Below, one piece after another: positions 13,245 to 27,811 of a stretch of DNA of 64,000 nucleotides. Each line of letters opens with the position of its first letter. The first letter of the stretch is position 1. The notes beneath the pieces were generated by a model. That model was given only the letters and a program-made list of their open reading frames with translations. It made no database searches and was not told where the DNA came from. The stretch is from the human T2T-CHM13v2.0 reference genome, Homo sapiens: the NCBI RefSeq assembly GCF_009914755.1, contig NC_060930.1; one strand, written 5' to 3'. Position numbers and translations under genes: made by a program.

Positions 13245-14012
13245 GTCACTAATCATCAGGAAAATGCAAATTATAATTATAATGAGATATTAGTCACACT
13301 TGTCAGGATGACTATTATTTTAAAAAACCCACAAAATATAATAAGTGCTGTTGAGGATGTGGAGAAATTGGAACCGTTGTGCAATGTTGATGGGAATGCA
13401 AAGTGGTGCAGCCACTATAGAAAACAGTATGGAGGATTCTCAAAAAATAAAAAATAGAACTACCATAGGATCCAGTGATCTCACTTCTGGGTATTTATCC
13501 AAAAGAATTGAAATTAGGATTTCAAAGAGATATTAGCACTCCTGTGTTCACTGCAGCACCATTCACAGTAGCCAAGATGTGGAAACTATCCAAAAGTCCA
13601 TTGACAAATGAGTAGATAAAGAAAATGTGGTATATACACATAATATAATACCATTCAGCCTTTAACAAGAAGGAAATTCTTTAAGACGCAATAATATGCA
13701 TGAACCTTGAGAACATTTAGCAAAATAAATAAACCAGCCACCGAAATACAAAGACTGCATGATTCCACTCATATGAAGTATCTAAAATAGTCAAATCCAT
13801 AGAATCAAAGAAAGCAATGGTGGTTACCAAGGACTGGTGGTGGAGGTAAATAGGGAATTACTAATTATCAGGCATAAAGCTTCAGGCAAGCAAGATGAAT
13901 CTAGAGATCTGCTGTACAACGTTGTACTTATCATCAACAATGTACTGTATGCTTAAAATTGTGTTGAGGGTAGATATTATATTAAATGTTTTTACCACAT
14001 TAATAATTTTTT
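13245..14012 (+). mobile_element. L1MA 3' end (ORF2 end and 3'UTR)
   Basis: Degenerate ORF2 C-terminus and an L1MA-type UTR (ctagagatctgctgtacaac...gagggtagat). Confidence 0.85.
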
Positions 14013-15139
14013 AAAACCTTAAATTAAAATTAAATAGAAGTATTTGGTACACTCTCATTGGCCTATTGTTAATGCTTCACCTTGTGGAAAGTTGGCAACC
14101 TGAGAATTTTATGGAAATAGAATTGTTCCATCACTTTTATTTCCAAATATGTAACTGAGGTTCTTACTGACTCTTCCAAAGGTTGAATGTCAAGCTTATG
14201 TAACTGCATGGAATTACTCGATGATCTGAGTTATTCCAATTCATTATGACATCTTGGATCCATAAGCCATTTCCAAAGCCATCCCAAATAGATAAAGATC
14301 ATCTACTGTCAATAGAACTGGAATTTCAGTAAAAAAGGTTGGCAGAAGATACTTTCTTCATGTACTTCCATAGTTTTTGAGGATTGTTCCTTATTGAGCT
14401 ATGAGAGTATTGATTTTACCCCAATGGCTTCCATATTAGAAAAGATGTAAGAAATATCCTTACTAAATATACATTTTTAAGTCTTCAAGATATATCTAAA
14501 TGATGAAGCAATATTTAACAGCAAGAACCTTTGAACTTTCTGGAAAAAACAAATTTTATTTTTCCAATTGAGATATCACAAGTAATACTGAGCATGTCTT
14601 GCACAACTCCAAATCAAAGATAATGTATTTAAGACAATAATAAAATTGTCCATGATATCCTTTAGGAATAAACGTGGAGAAAACTTTTCTTAATTATAAA
14701 TGGATATTGCTGAACAAAACAAATACTAATGCAGTGGCACTTGCTTTACATTTCCCAGTGAACTCTATTTGACCTTCACTTTAAGGGCACACAGCAGGAA
14801 AGCTGTCTGGAATACCCCACCCTAAACAGTGAATAAATTTATTACATCTCTGAGTAAAGAATGCCCAAGCATTGGCTCACAACTTGATAAAGGAAGCAAA
14901 ACAAAAATAGCCCAAGCCCTTTTTGTTCAGGAAAAGTTCAGTTTTTAGGTTTATCCTCAAAACATTGAAGTTGAAGAGACTTGGAGCTCCCTGACTTAGT
15001 GGTATATTTCAGTTATGAATAATAAGAGACATGAAGCATTTGTTACTATTGTAAAAACCTGATGAGCTCTATCCCACAGTGACTCAAAACTCTGCTGAGT
15101 TAATACTTTTGGAACAAGACTGATCTTGGCTTGAAATTA

Positions 15140-16140
15140 CACTGAGTTAAGTGGACACTTTTTAGACCTTATCTTTCTTGACTGCTCTGCAAACTTTGAC
15201 ATTGTTGACTGAACTCTTCTCTGTGAAAGTCTTCCTTCTCTGTGAAACTCTTCAGCAGAGCTGAACTCTTCCTTGGCATCTGAGATTCCTCACTCTCAAA
15301 GAGATTCTCCACTCTACCTTATGATGGCTCTTGACCAATCTCTTAATAGTTGGTCTTGCTGAGATTTTGTCGTGATCTTGTTAGAATTAAACACTAAACG
15401 CATAGTCTCTTGGTGACGTAATCTATTTATGAGATCAACTACTACATATGGGATAAAGAATTTAAAAATCAATTATATTCTGAGATCAAAATCTCTATTT
15501 CCAACACCTCACTAGATTTTTTTACTTGGATGTTCTTCTGGTATCCCACATTTAATGTGTCCAAACTGAACCCATTATGTTCTGCCCTGCTTCTCCTATT
15601 CTTCCTGTTTCCATAAATGCTACCACCTAGTTGCCTCATTCAAAAACCATTCTTGAGTCCACCTTCATTTTTTCCCACAAATAATCAATATCCAAGACTG
15701 TGTCTATATTCTAATCCTCTCTCATCTTATCCATATCTGGTCATATTCATTGTCAGTGTCTCAGTTCAGGCTCCCATTGTCTGTTTCTTGATCACTGCCT
15801 TAGACTCCTAACTGGTTTTCCCTGACTCTTTTCTCTATGCTTCAGAGTTTTACAAAGTGTTACAAAATAGACATCTGATCATTTCTTTCACCTGATGAAA
15901 ACTCTCCCCAAATTTGCTGTCATCCTAATCATAAAGTCAAACTTGTAAGCAAGTAAAGAAGTCCTGGATGCTCTGATTTCTTTTTATTTTTTAATCTCTC
16001 TAGCTTTAGTGTTTTCCATCTTTCCTCTTGTACTCTACCCTATGGCCATATTAAAATACTTGAAATTGTTCAATGAGCCATTTTCTGTTTTTCCTCTGGG
16101 TCTTTGCCTATGCCCTTCCTTCTTCCTGGAATAATCTCTT
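15140..16140. mobile_element. L2 fragment(s)
   Basis: Pyrimidine-rich L2-like motifs (gtgtccaaactgaac, ctcctaactgg, atctgatcat). Confidence 0.55.
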
Positions 16141-16171
16141 TGTTGGTCTCATTGTTTGTCTGGCTTCTAAT

Positions 16172-16521
16172 ACACAAACAGTTGTCCTTATGATGTAAAT
16201 GTGGAGAAAACCAACAGATGACAGCAAAATTTACCTGAAAATGAAGCAAAGAAATGAGGAGTTTAAAAGACAGAGAAGAACTGCCTTTAATCAAATGCTT
16301 GGAGATTTTGAACTTCTTATATTTTGATTACCAATGTACTTTTTTTTTCAAATGTATAAAGGTACTGGATTTTCCTAGCCCTTTCTGTTTATTTCATGTT
16401 CCTATCCATAAAAAATAAAAAGTGGTTTGACTATTTTCAAGGCATAAAAGAAAAACAACTATTACCTTTAAGCATATACTGTAGCATTAAACACATATTG
16501 TCTCTTTTCAATTCTAGGCCT
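16172..16521 (+). repeat. Local direct duplication, copy 1 (~350 bp)
   Basis: Colinear with 17791-18147. Shared blocks include gttgtccttat, tgaggagtttaaaaga, gttcctatccataa and aacacatattgtctc. Confidence 0.9.
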
Positions 16522-17790
16522 AAGTTAGGAGTTCTTTCTTGTTACTTCTATGAGATCTGATGCATTTATATTTCATGATACTTATGAAAAAATATTTTCA
16601 ATGCCTATTTACTTATCTTTCTCCTTCAAGAGTTATTTGAGGGCATGAGCTATATCTTTTCAACATCATATCCCTAATGTCTTTCTCAATAGTTGGTACA
16701 TGGTAGGCACTCAACAGATATGTTTTAGAATTAACTAATTAATTGTGGAATTATAACCCAAGAAGAAGAAGATGCTTCAAATATCGTGCATTATTTCAGA
16801 GTCACTAAGCATCAGATGAGGATTTCTGGGCAACTTTTCTTAGCTGATGTGCCTTCAGCTCACATCCAGACATGGGAATGATAGAGAGATAATAGACAAT
16901 TAATTTTAGGTTACAGTAGCCACAAACTGGGCCCTGAAAGCACATAGCCAGTGTTTCAGGAGTCTTCTCCGTGCCCTTCTAAGTGAGTATGAGAGAGAAC
17001 TTTTATGGTTCTTGAAGGCATTATGGCCCCCATAATCTCTGAAGCCAGGGAAATACTTAATTCCACATTCATGGCTTTTGGGAATTCAAGTAGAATCCAG
17101 AATGTTGGACCTGATGCTCCATGAATTTGTGGGAATCAAATCAAGGTTGTCAGTGGTTACAGAGTGCCAAGAGGACTTGATATTTCCATAGATTTTCTTC
17201 TTCCAAATGAAGCTTGAAATTATTTGTCTATAGTTCTGCCGGAGGCCTCTCCAGATTGTGATGCACTGGGAGCAAGCCACCATGAACATATCCTCAGGTC
17301 TCCAGTCTTCTGCCATCGCATGAAAAATGGAGCTTGTCAAACACAGAGCAGAGCTGAACTTTCTGAATTCCACAGGACAGTTCAGAGTGCTTGGAATGAC
17401 ACCCACCTGCAATTTAAACAAAAAAGAAGGATGAGTAAGTGAGGAGCTAAAAATTGCATGTTTCCCTAAATTAGATTTATTTGTAAGCTTTAAGTAAGTG
17501 CAAACATATTTCGAATTATCTGTTATGAATTGTGGTTTTGTTATTAAATAGACATTTTGTTTAATTCTTATGTGCAAAGTGAAAAGAGACTTGTTTTGCT
17601 GGATTTTTCTTTTTGGTAAGTATTGAATTTTGAAGGGGTACTAGTTTTTCTAGCCAAATTGAAAAATTTCTCAGAATTTAAAGGATACTCCATGTGAGTT
17701 CAAGCTGTGTTAGGGTTTGGCTACATATTTTTCTTTGGCAATGAAAAGTATGTTTGATTCTTATGACTTGGTAGACTTCAAACAGGCTCA

Positions 17791-18147
17791 CACACAAACT
17801 GTTGTCCTTATAAGGTAGATGTGGAGGAAACCAACATATGAGAGTGAAATTTATCTCAAAGCAAAGAAGTGAGGAGTTTAAAAGATAGAGAAATGCCTTT
17901 GATTAGATTCTCTGAGGTTTTGAGCTTCTAATATTTTGATTTTCAATATACTTTTTTTTTTCCAAAATTTGAAAGGTTCTGGGATTTCTTAGCCCTTGTT
18001 GTTTGTTTAAAGTTCCTATCCATAACTAATAGAAAGAAAGTGGTTTGGCTATGTTCAAGGCTTAAAAGAAAAACAGCTACCACCCATAAGCATCTATTAT
18101 ATGCCATAACATTGAACACATATTGTCTCATTTAATTTTCCTGGCCT
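17791..18147 (+). repeat. Local direct duplication, copy 2
   Basis: Colinear with 16172-16521. Confidence 0.9.
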
Positions 18148-18481
18148 CGTCACACTACAGTATTATCTTCCTCACTTTACATATGGGAATAATGAAACTC
18201 AGACAGGTAAAGTGATGTACACAAAGGCATGCAGTTAGTAAGTTTTGGGCCTTGTCCATCTGCTGTTCCCTATGTCTGAAATATTGTGTCCAGCATTCCC
18301 TTGGGCTCATTCCTCCTACCTTCCCTACTTTCTTTGAATAACTCCTATATCCTTCAAAGCACAGTCTCTGGTTTTCCACCACCACTCCAGTCTTAGTTAG
18401 GTGCCCTCCCACTTTCTACCCGACCGAGTCTGCCTGCATCAAACACAGATTACAAGTACATTGAGTCTCTCTCATCTTTAA

Positions 18482-18788
<307 letters not shown>

Positions 18789-20794
18789 TCATCTTTAAAT
18801 CTTTAGTGATTCACTTAGCTCTATTAATTATTATTTGTGAAATAAAATTTTAAATTAGTAACTTCCTTAGAATTTCTATGAATAATTGCTCAATTGCCTT
18901 ATCTGAAAAGAAAACCTTAATATCTAATAAAAATTCCTCTCCTCAGTCTTGCCCAATGGAGGCCATTCACTGAACAGTTGAAAGGAGACTGCTTGCCCTT
19001 TATTCCTCACACTTCTTTCATACTATTCTTCCAACATAACCATTAAATTTCACCTCAGAAGAAAGGCCACAATATTCATTATACTGCTCTTCCACATTTG
19101 CAGTACATCTTAGTTTCTGTATTCTAGGATAGTGAAGATAGAGCCTCAGGTAAGAATTAAGTGCTAGTGCTTTATTGGGAGTTAAATCCCAGGAGAGTGA
19201 GAACAAGAGAAAAGGTAAGTGGTGCAGCCAAGAAAGGTGAAGCATTACCCCTCCATTGGCTTCTTCACAAAGCAGGGCAAAGAGCACCTACTGTTATTTG
19301 GTAGGTGCCTACACTCAGTCATACAGGACTTCTTTATGCAGGCTGATTGGAGAAAGTAAGACAGAGGAAATTGAGCTGCCCAGGTTTTTTTCCCTGCCTC
19401 TCTTTGGCCAAGATAGCACCAGAGAGTGTTAACTACCTTGCATTCCAGTTTGGGTCATTCAGCTCCTTTAGCAGCCTCCTGGGAAGCCAGATGCACTCCC
19501 TGTGGTGGCATTTCCCCAAATGTAGAAGAGATGAGAGGAGTCAGAGACTGTGGGCTTAAAGTGGTTAGTTTTAAAAGGCTGACTGCATAGCCCTGCATTG
19601 GTAGTGGAAGTGAAGTAAGCTGCTGAAAATTGAAACAGGTAAACCTGAGAAACTCAGAAGGGGCATATGAATCCATACAGACATACTTCCACCTCGTACA
19701 TCTGATTTATTTCTCTTTTTACACCATTTTCTGTCACAAATCTCACAGCTTTCCAAACTATAGTACAACTGGTCAAAATGTCTGAATGTTGTATACCAGG
19801 AAAATATGCTGGCAACTCAACCACAGCACAAGTCTAAAATCAAATTTTCTAATACTGTTCTGTCAAAACATTTTCCTTCTCTGATTTTTGTCATTTCTCT
19901 TCATGGAGACATGAATGCTTGTATTAACTTAGGTTGAAACATCAGAACTTCAGAGTTATCTCTGATTCCATCCCTCCTTCCACCCGTAGGCAAAGCACAT
20001 CATGTAAACATATTAGCAATCTCTCAGTAGTGGTGAGGATACTCTCTGGCACAAATTGCACATTTAGCAAGAGTTTGAATAAAATAAATAAATCTGTTTG
20101 CTTTTCAGTTTGCTGCTACATTTGTGTGGGAAGTGCTGCTTGCCGATAGGGAAGTAGGAGAGGAAATAAGGAAAACAATAAACCAAGTACAGTTTTGCAA
20201 ATACCCAGACACATTGGATGGACACAGAAGCTTTCACTGGGAGATTATGAAGGGTAGATGCTTTGTGTCTCCATTGCCTCCTGTGATGTGACCTCACATT
20301 ACAAGCCACTGTGGTTGGAACTGCTGGCAAAATGGAAAGAACCAGGAAGAACATCAAAGGAGAGTTTTAAAAGGATATGAAATGTATTAATTTGTCGTAA
20401 TTATCTACTTTTGATAGAAGAATCTCAGAGGTACTTAAGTTGATGTCTTGGACCTTCAGTCCAGTGCTGACATCTTGTAAAATGTCTTAAGTTCCTACCA
20501 GGTAATTTCTGCTTTCTGTCACAAAGCAGGAGAGAAGTTCCAGGAGGAAGTCATGTATTTTTCTCATCTTTAGGTATATTATATGTATACCCCATATTTC
20601 CCTATATTATACTTACACATATATTTATGTTACACTTTCTATTTCTCTTATTTACGTACATTATTAACAAAAAATTTTTGGAAGATTGTAGAAATAAGAC
20701 ATGTAGGCATTTGAAATTTTATGAGAAAGAGCATGTCAGATTTGGGAGTTAGGGATTTTTAGACATTGCCATAAGAGGTAAGTAAATGCTGACA

Positions 20795-21035
20795 CCTTGC
20801 CTATAGTTAATAAAAATATATTATACATTTGAAGTTTTCTAAGAGAGTAGATTTAAAATTTTCTCACTATACACACACACAATATATATATAACTATGTT
20901 AGGTGATTAACGTTAATTAGCTTGATTATGGTAATCATTTCACAACATAGACATATATCAAAACATCACATTGTATGCTTTGAATACATACCATTTTTAT
21001 TTGTCAACCATTCCCCAATAAAGCTGGAAAAAACA
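20795..21035 (+). mobile_element. L1MA 3' end
   Basis: ctaagagagtagattt...ttaattagcttgatt...atatcaaaacatcacattgta...aataaagctgg. Confidence 0.75.
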
Positions 21036-23554
21036 AGACCTCATTCCTGTCAAATCTACTTCTCAGGGACCTACTCCAAGGGAGTCGCCATTCCTTCATT
21101 TTATTATTAAATTGCTTCTTCATAGAAAACCTATCTTCGGTGAAAAAATTAGACTCCAGAAATGATATTTTGCCAGAAACATCTCTAAAAGCCTTTTTAT
21201 CTCCCTGATGAACTCAATGTAGCTATGGAAATTTGAATTCCCTATCTGGGGTCAGCTTCAGAAATGTGTTTATTTATGTGCTTCGAATTGACTTATCAAC
21301 TAATGAACCAAGAAACAATTTTTCTTTTGGCTGTGTTTTAAAAGGGTCTTGCTCAAATTTTAAAGGTTGGGGCATTTTAGAGTCAGATTTGTTTCATAAT
21401 TTTTCTATGTAACATATTCACTTCCCATTAAAATGTAATTTTCCCTACCAATAAGGTGTTAGGCTTCTGATCCCTCAGGGGAACTGTGGTTGACATGAGC
21501 ATTACCTCATCCAAATGTATGTTCCCAGTGAACCTGTCATCGAGTGGACTTGATGCCTTCATTTTTTCCTTTTGTAGCAAGATGCCTAACTGGTTACTTA
21601 TGCAAGCATTGTTATTGAAATTAGGGGGAGTAAGGGGAATAAAAAATGTATGGAAATTATGAGTGTTAGAACTGAGCACAATCATTGCAGCATCTGATGC
21701 AGACATTTCAGGGTAAGCGAAGTAGTCTCTTCAGAATAAAAATGAGGGTAATTAGACTCAATTCATTTATTCAACACTTGGGTCAAGTCCATGAACTCTA
21801 CAAAGATAACTGTGCCATGGATTTTGCTCTCTAGAGTGGTAAGACACGTATATGGTTTGTCTACTCATTCAACAAACACTTTCTGGGCATGTTTTGTCTC
21901 CTGAGGTCAGCTCTGGAGATACAATGGTACATGGCACAAATCTTTGCAAGTGCTAAATATAATACCTGATATTAATAGGCTGTGAGTGAAGAGCACAAAA
22001 TGTGTAGTGGGTGTTCCTGGGATACAGTAGCTCTGTGCATGTAGAAGGGATTAGTAAGGGCCTCGTGAAGGAGACAGCATTTGTTCTGGGACTTGAAGGA
22101 AAGACAGGATTGGAAATGTAGAGATGCTAAGGAAGGTTGTCCTCAATAGAGAAAATGCCATAGCTGAAGGCCCCTCATATGCTATTCTTATCTAACTATG
22201 TGATTCTAAGCTCAGGTGATCCAAAGAGGCTCCTCAGAGTTGTGGCAAACTGAAGCCAGTGGTGTAGGTTGAAAGGAATCTGAGAGAAGATCAACACCCA
22301 GGAGAATCTAAGGTCCCATTGTGGGTGAATCATTTTGGGCCATGTTTCAGAACAAAATTTCCACAGACTCACTACCAAATACTCATGGACTTATATTTTT
22401 GGTTCAGAGGTTTGATGAAAAACTCTGGAAGCCTATTGCAGAGAACTGAATAAGGTAAAAATCTACCTTTTACTGGACACATCGTTTAGGAAGCAAATTA
22501 GTCTCCGTTATCAGAAAGTTCCAAGGGGGAATCTAAAATGTGATACTTTGCTCAGCAGCTGACAGTATTTTTGCTACATTTTCAACTTGCCTTCAATTCT
22601 GTTTATTTCGCTTGTCTAATTTACTATCTAGGTAATTTAAACAATGAGAATACAGTGACCCGCAATTTTCCTAATTTAAAGGTATCTCTTCTGCAATATT
22701 AAATTTGCATCTACATTGCCTGCCTAACAAGACTGTCACCTCCTTGAGGTCAATGTGATGTTATCTAATTTTTTAGATAACATCTATGTCTCTAATAGAT
22801 CTATCTGTGCAATAGAACCATACAGTCCTTCGTAGATAGGGGAAGCACAAATGTTGGTTAATATTTAACAGAGTATCAGACCTGCATCCTTCTCTCTAAG
22901 AGCTCAAACTTCAGAGAGTAGATTCAGAGAGTAAATGTTTTCCCAGGCTCAGGCAAGAGGGGTGGTTTGTATGTTATTTCTTTCTTATTTTCCAGTTAGA
23001 CTTTTGGAAATCTGCCAGATGCAATTGAAAAACCCTGCTCAGCTTTGTCCAATGTCTCATTTGAGGATCAGCATGAGTTTGTTTACTTGAGATTAACAGG
23101 AGTCAAGGATATACAAATTCAGCAATGTATGGATAACTTTCCCCTTTTTAACGCTGGCCTCACCACAAAACTACCACCATATTGTTGAATTTTGGAAGTT
23201 TATTATGCTTTATTTTTTCCTATAAAAAAATAAATGTCATCACATTGTAATAGTTTTATAACCTGTTTTATCATATTTTAAAATACATCTTGAATATTCT
23301 TTCATATAATTAATCTTCTACAGCATAATTTTAATATCTATGAAGATTCCATTATGTGCTTGTATTATACATTTTTACTCTGAATACATTATTGTTGTAA
23401 ACAATGCTTACAATTATGAAAATAAATATATATGGCTCATTTACACATTATTCTAAATCTCATTGTACTCTCCGGTTAGTCATCATTAATGTCTTGAAGT
23501 TCACTGGTTTGGCATTTTATGTATATTTATATCTGTATGCATTAACAAAGTTTA

Positions 23555-23568
23555 TTTATTATTATTAC

Positions 23569-23605
<37 letters not shown>

Positions 23606-23889
23606 TTGGAGACAGAGTCTTGCTCTGCCACCCAGACTGGAGTGCAGTGGCATGATCTTGGCTCACTGCAACCTCCGCCTCCTGGGTTCAAGTGATATTC
23701 CTGCCTCAGCCTCCTGAGTAGCTGGGATTACAGGCATGCGCCACCATGCCTGACTAATTATTTTTATCTTTAGTAGAGACAGGATTTCACCATGTTGGTC
23801 AAGTGGGTCTTCAACTCCTGACCTCATGATCCACCTGCTTCAGCCTCCCAAAGTGCTGGGATTACAGGCGTGAGCCACCGCACCCAGCC
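23555..23889 (-). mobile_element. AluS with (TTA)n microsatellite tail
   Basis: Antisense Alu, tail expanded to (TTA)n, TSD aacaaagtt. Confidence 0.93.
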
Positions 23890-24428
23890 AACAAAGTTAA
23901 TTTTTTAAAAATAAAAAATAAACAATTAATATTTGTTGGAGATAATTAGATAGGTATATTTCTAAATATATATATGTGTATAGTATAAAACAATAATCTC
24001 ATTAAATCCTATACAAATAATAATCCTGCTTCTGAAGCCTGTAGACCCAACCTGCTAGCTTCAGAAATAGAACATTACTGGTAACTTAAAAACCAGTTTC
24101 TAGTCATTCCCCACTGCCTTCTCCTCTCTAGGCCCCAATGATTACCACTATCTGGAATTTTCTGTATGTTATCTTTAAGCTTTACTTTACAATTTTAAAA
24201 CATACACTTACAACCCTGAGAAAGTATTTTTAAATTTTATATGGTTTCATTACTATAGAGGTGGAAACATGTTTTCTAAATGTTGTCAATTAGAATATTG
24301 CCTTTCACACTTAAATCTTTAATCTGCCTGGAATTTATTTTTGTGTGTGGTATGAAGCAGAGATTAAATTTTATTTCTGCTAACTGCATATCAAATTAGC
24401 ATCATTGATTGAAAAGTTATCTCATTAA

Positions 24429-24863
24429 CCAGAAGACGTATCTCCAGGAAAGCTGCCTGGATCTGGTTGGTGAAGGTTCCAGAAGTGAAGCATCCAGCAA
24501 TTGGAGTGGCTCCAGTGGCAGCAGCCCGCTTCAGCACAGCTGCTGGCTGATATTCCTGGAAGATTTGACACTGACATCAGCTGGGTTTTCAATGGCATGA
24601 GCCACCAGCAGAACTCTTCCCAGGTCCTCTTCAGAGTTATAATTTAAATGCCATCACTTTTCCTCTTGCAGAGGTACTGTTCCATTTGCAAGTCAAGGCT
24701 GATACCACCTAAGTAAGTTCCTGATGTAAGGAATTTGAGAACATTCTCCTCCTTCATCTACAGAGCATCAAGCGCTTCACACATTGTGAAAGTTTCCCTT
24801 TGTGTTATGACAGGAACCCAAGATAAGTTGGTATGAGTTGCTCTCTGGTTAGCACAAACAGGC
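24429..24863 (-). pseudogene. RPSA: RPSA (40S ribosomal protein SA) processed pseudogene, 5' part only
   Basis: The minus strand gives the 5'UTR (...GGGAAACTTTCACAATG, ATG at 24784) and degenerate peptides [32 protein letters not shown] and [23 protein letters not shown]. Intronless, with stops and indels. Confidence 0.93.
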
Positions 24864-27790
24864 TATACCTTTTTTGTGTCTTTCCTTTCTTCATCAGTCA
24901 TGTTAGAAACTTACTGGTCTTATTAGTCTTTTTGAAGTGCCAACTTTTGGCTTTGTTAAATCTTTACATGGTACATATATTTGTTAATGTATTAATTTCT
25001 ATACTTTATGCTTTCCTTCACTTTTTGGAAATTTCTGTCCTTTTTCTAATATATAATGCTTAATGCTTCGCTGGTTCATTTTCAAAATTTTTTTTTTTAC
25101 TATAAGTATTTAAGGCTACAAATTTATTTCTAGAAACATTATTGTGTGTATTGTACTAATATTTGGTTGCTGTTTCATTCTAAATATTTTTATTTCCATT
25201 AGCGTTATTTTAACTTATAGGTTATTTACATTTCTTAGTTTCAAAAGCTTGGAGAGTTTTAGTTGTGTTTTTGTTATTAATTCTAATTTATTTAAATTGA
25301 AGTCTTAATGTATAATCTATATGATACTGTGTTTTGGAATTTTTTGAGTTACTTTATGGTCAAGTATGAGATCAAATCTCCTAAATGCTTTATGTGTCCT
25401 TGAAAGAATGCGTGTTCTCTACCTTGATGAAATGTTCTGTGTTTTTCCATTACATCAAACTTATCAATTGTGTTTGTAGCAAAGACTGGTTAAAGGTTCA
25501 ACAATCCTATCTCTTTTTCTTGGATGCAAAGGAAGACTGCAGTTCTAAGTCTTCCTTCAGTTGAGTTAGGATTCTATGACAGCATTCTGTCCATGAGAAT
25601 AACGGGCAGAAGTAACATAAGGCACTTTTGTCTTTGTCTTTACAATGTCATGAAAGTTCTTCCTTCTTTCTCATTTCTTTTTGGCCAGTTTAATGCAGAG
25701 GACCTAGTAGGCTCAATAGAATTCCAATGGGGCCTAGAAGATGACAGTGCCATAAAATGGAAGAAATCACAATTTCTTAATTCTTGATGACTAATATGAG
25801 GAGAAACAAACTTCTATTGTAAGTCACTGAGGCTTCAAGATTTACCTGTTTCTGCACTGTTTCTACACTGTAACCTATCATAGCCTGATTAATACAGTGT
25901 TGTTCAAGTGTTTTATGTCCTCAGTGACATTTTATCTGTTAAATCTAGAAATTACTAAAAAAATGCTAAATATTCCACTCTGTTAGTAAATTTTCCAAAT
26001 TTCTTCTTGTATTTCTGGTGCTTACAAATATTTTCAATTCCTATTTTTTATATTTTTAGGTGCATATAAGTTTAGAATGATTCTATTTCCCTGGTAAATC
26101 TAGTCTCCTCTCATTGTATAGTGACTTTATATTTCAAATAATGTCTTTGCCTTATAGTTTATTTTGTTTGATTGAAATATAATTATTCCCACTTTATTTT
26201 GGCTAGTATTGAAATATATCTTTTTCTGTGCTTTAACTTTCATCCACTCTATCTTTTAGGTGTATACCTTCAGCATATAGATATATTTTAAAAATCTGTC
26301 AACTATTTGTGTCTAAATGGTGTTAAATTTATTTATATTTACTGTGGTTTAGATAAATTTGGATTTATTTATGTCATCTTAGTTTATCTTTTCATGTATT
26401 TCTCTTTTTCTTAGTTTCTAAAATCCTCTACTACCCTTAAAAATAGATAAATCTAAAGTTTTCTTTTATTTATATTCTTTTAATGTCTATGAGTTTGGAA
26501 GAAATAGCATCTTTTTTCTGCCTATAACACATTCTTTAGAATTTTCTTTAATGAAGTTCTCTTAGATTAAATGCTCTCAGGCTTTGCTTGTTTATAACTT
26601 TCTTAATCTTATTATTGTTTTAAAAGTATATTCTTGTTAGGTATCAAATTATATATTGAAGTCTCTATTTCTAGGAATTATGGATTGGGTTGTATAAACC
26701 CAATCTTCCCTCTGAGAGTAACTAAAAAAGCTGGGTAAAATATAAAACATGTGTTTGAAGGCATTAAAGAGGTACTGAAGCAGCCAAAATGTGAGTGGTC
26801 AAGATCCAGAAGAGAAGGGAATTGAATTGAGGTGAGCCAAACGTTACTCACTACTGTTCTCAAAGCATTTGATGAACCAAAGCTGAGAAGTTGAGCAAAG
26901 CTTTTGTTAGTCTCACAGTTCAGGGCTATGAAAATCATATACTTTAGAGTATTCATTAAAAGAATAGTAAATAAATGTGCCACAAAAAACAATAGAGGAA
27001 AGAAAGTGGAAAAATTTTTTTAACACAAAGAAGGCAAGAAAGAAGTAAAACAGGAAGACAGAACAAGAGGAATAAATAAAAATAAACAGTAATATGATAG
27101 ATTTAAAATAAAATGTCAGTGTTTACATTAAATGTTAAGTGGACTAAATATTCTAATAAATGAGTAATATGCTGTAGAGAAAAACAGAATTCAATTATTG
27201 GCTGTTTTTAAAAAGATATGCCTTAAATATGAATACACAAAAAGGTTGAAGATGAAAGAATTTAAAACAGATGTAACACATAAACACTAATGATTCTAGT
27301 TTGACATTAATTTTTTATTAACATAGTGAAGTTATTTTATTTTCTTCTAACTTCCACTGCTGCTGTTGAGGAATCAGTTGTCATAATTGTTGTTCATTTG
27401 AAGATGATCTGTATTTCTTCTCTGGCTGGTCATAAGATTTTTTTATGGCATGCCTAGATGTGCTTTTCATTTCATTTATCTTACTTGATATCCATTACCC
27501 TTTCTGTAACTATTAACCAATTTTTAGTTTTGTAATTATTTTCCCCATGATCCCTTTAAATGTTTCTTCCATTTAATTTTTTGTCTCTTTTTTCTACAAA
27601 TATTTAAGTGGATATTGAACTTTCCTACTTTATTTTCCATGTCTATTAGCTCTTTATCATATTTTCTATTTGTATATTTAGATGTGCTACATTATGGAAA
27701 ATTTAAGATAATTATTTGGTTAATTTTATTTTTAGCTATAGCAATTGTGTTGTGCATTGAGTATTTTACATGTTGTTATAGTTGTTATTT
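24864..27790. mobile_element. Fragmented ancient L1M sequence, mostly antisense
   Basis: T-rich L1 ORF2/ORF1-like remnants. Boundaries are uncertain and other old elements are interspersed. Confidence 0.45.
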
Positions 27791-27811
27791 TTAAAGTTTT
27801 ATGTTTTTCAT

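Noticed and set aside
23404-23655. Poly-tyrosine ORF
   Set aside because: Translation of the (TTA)n Alu tail.
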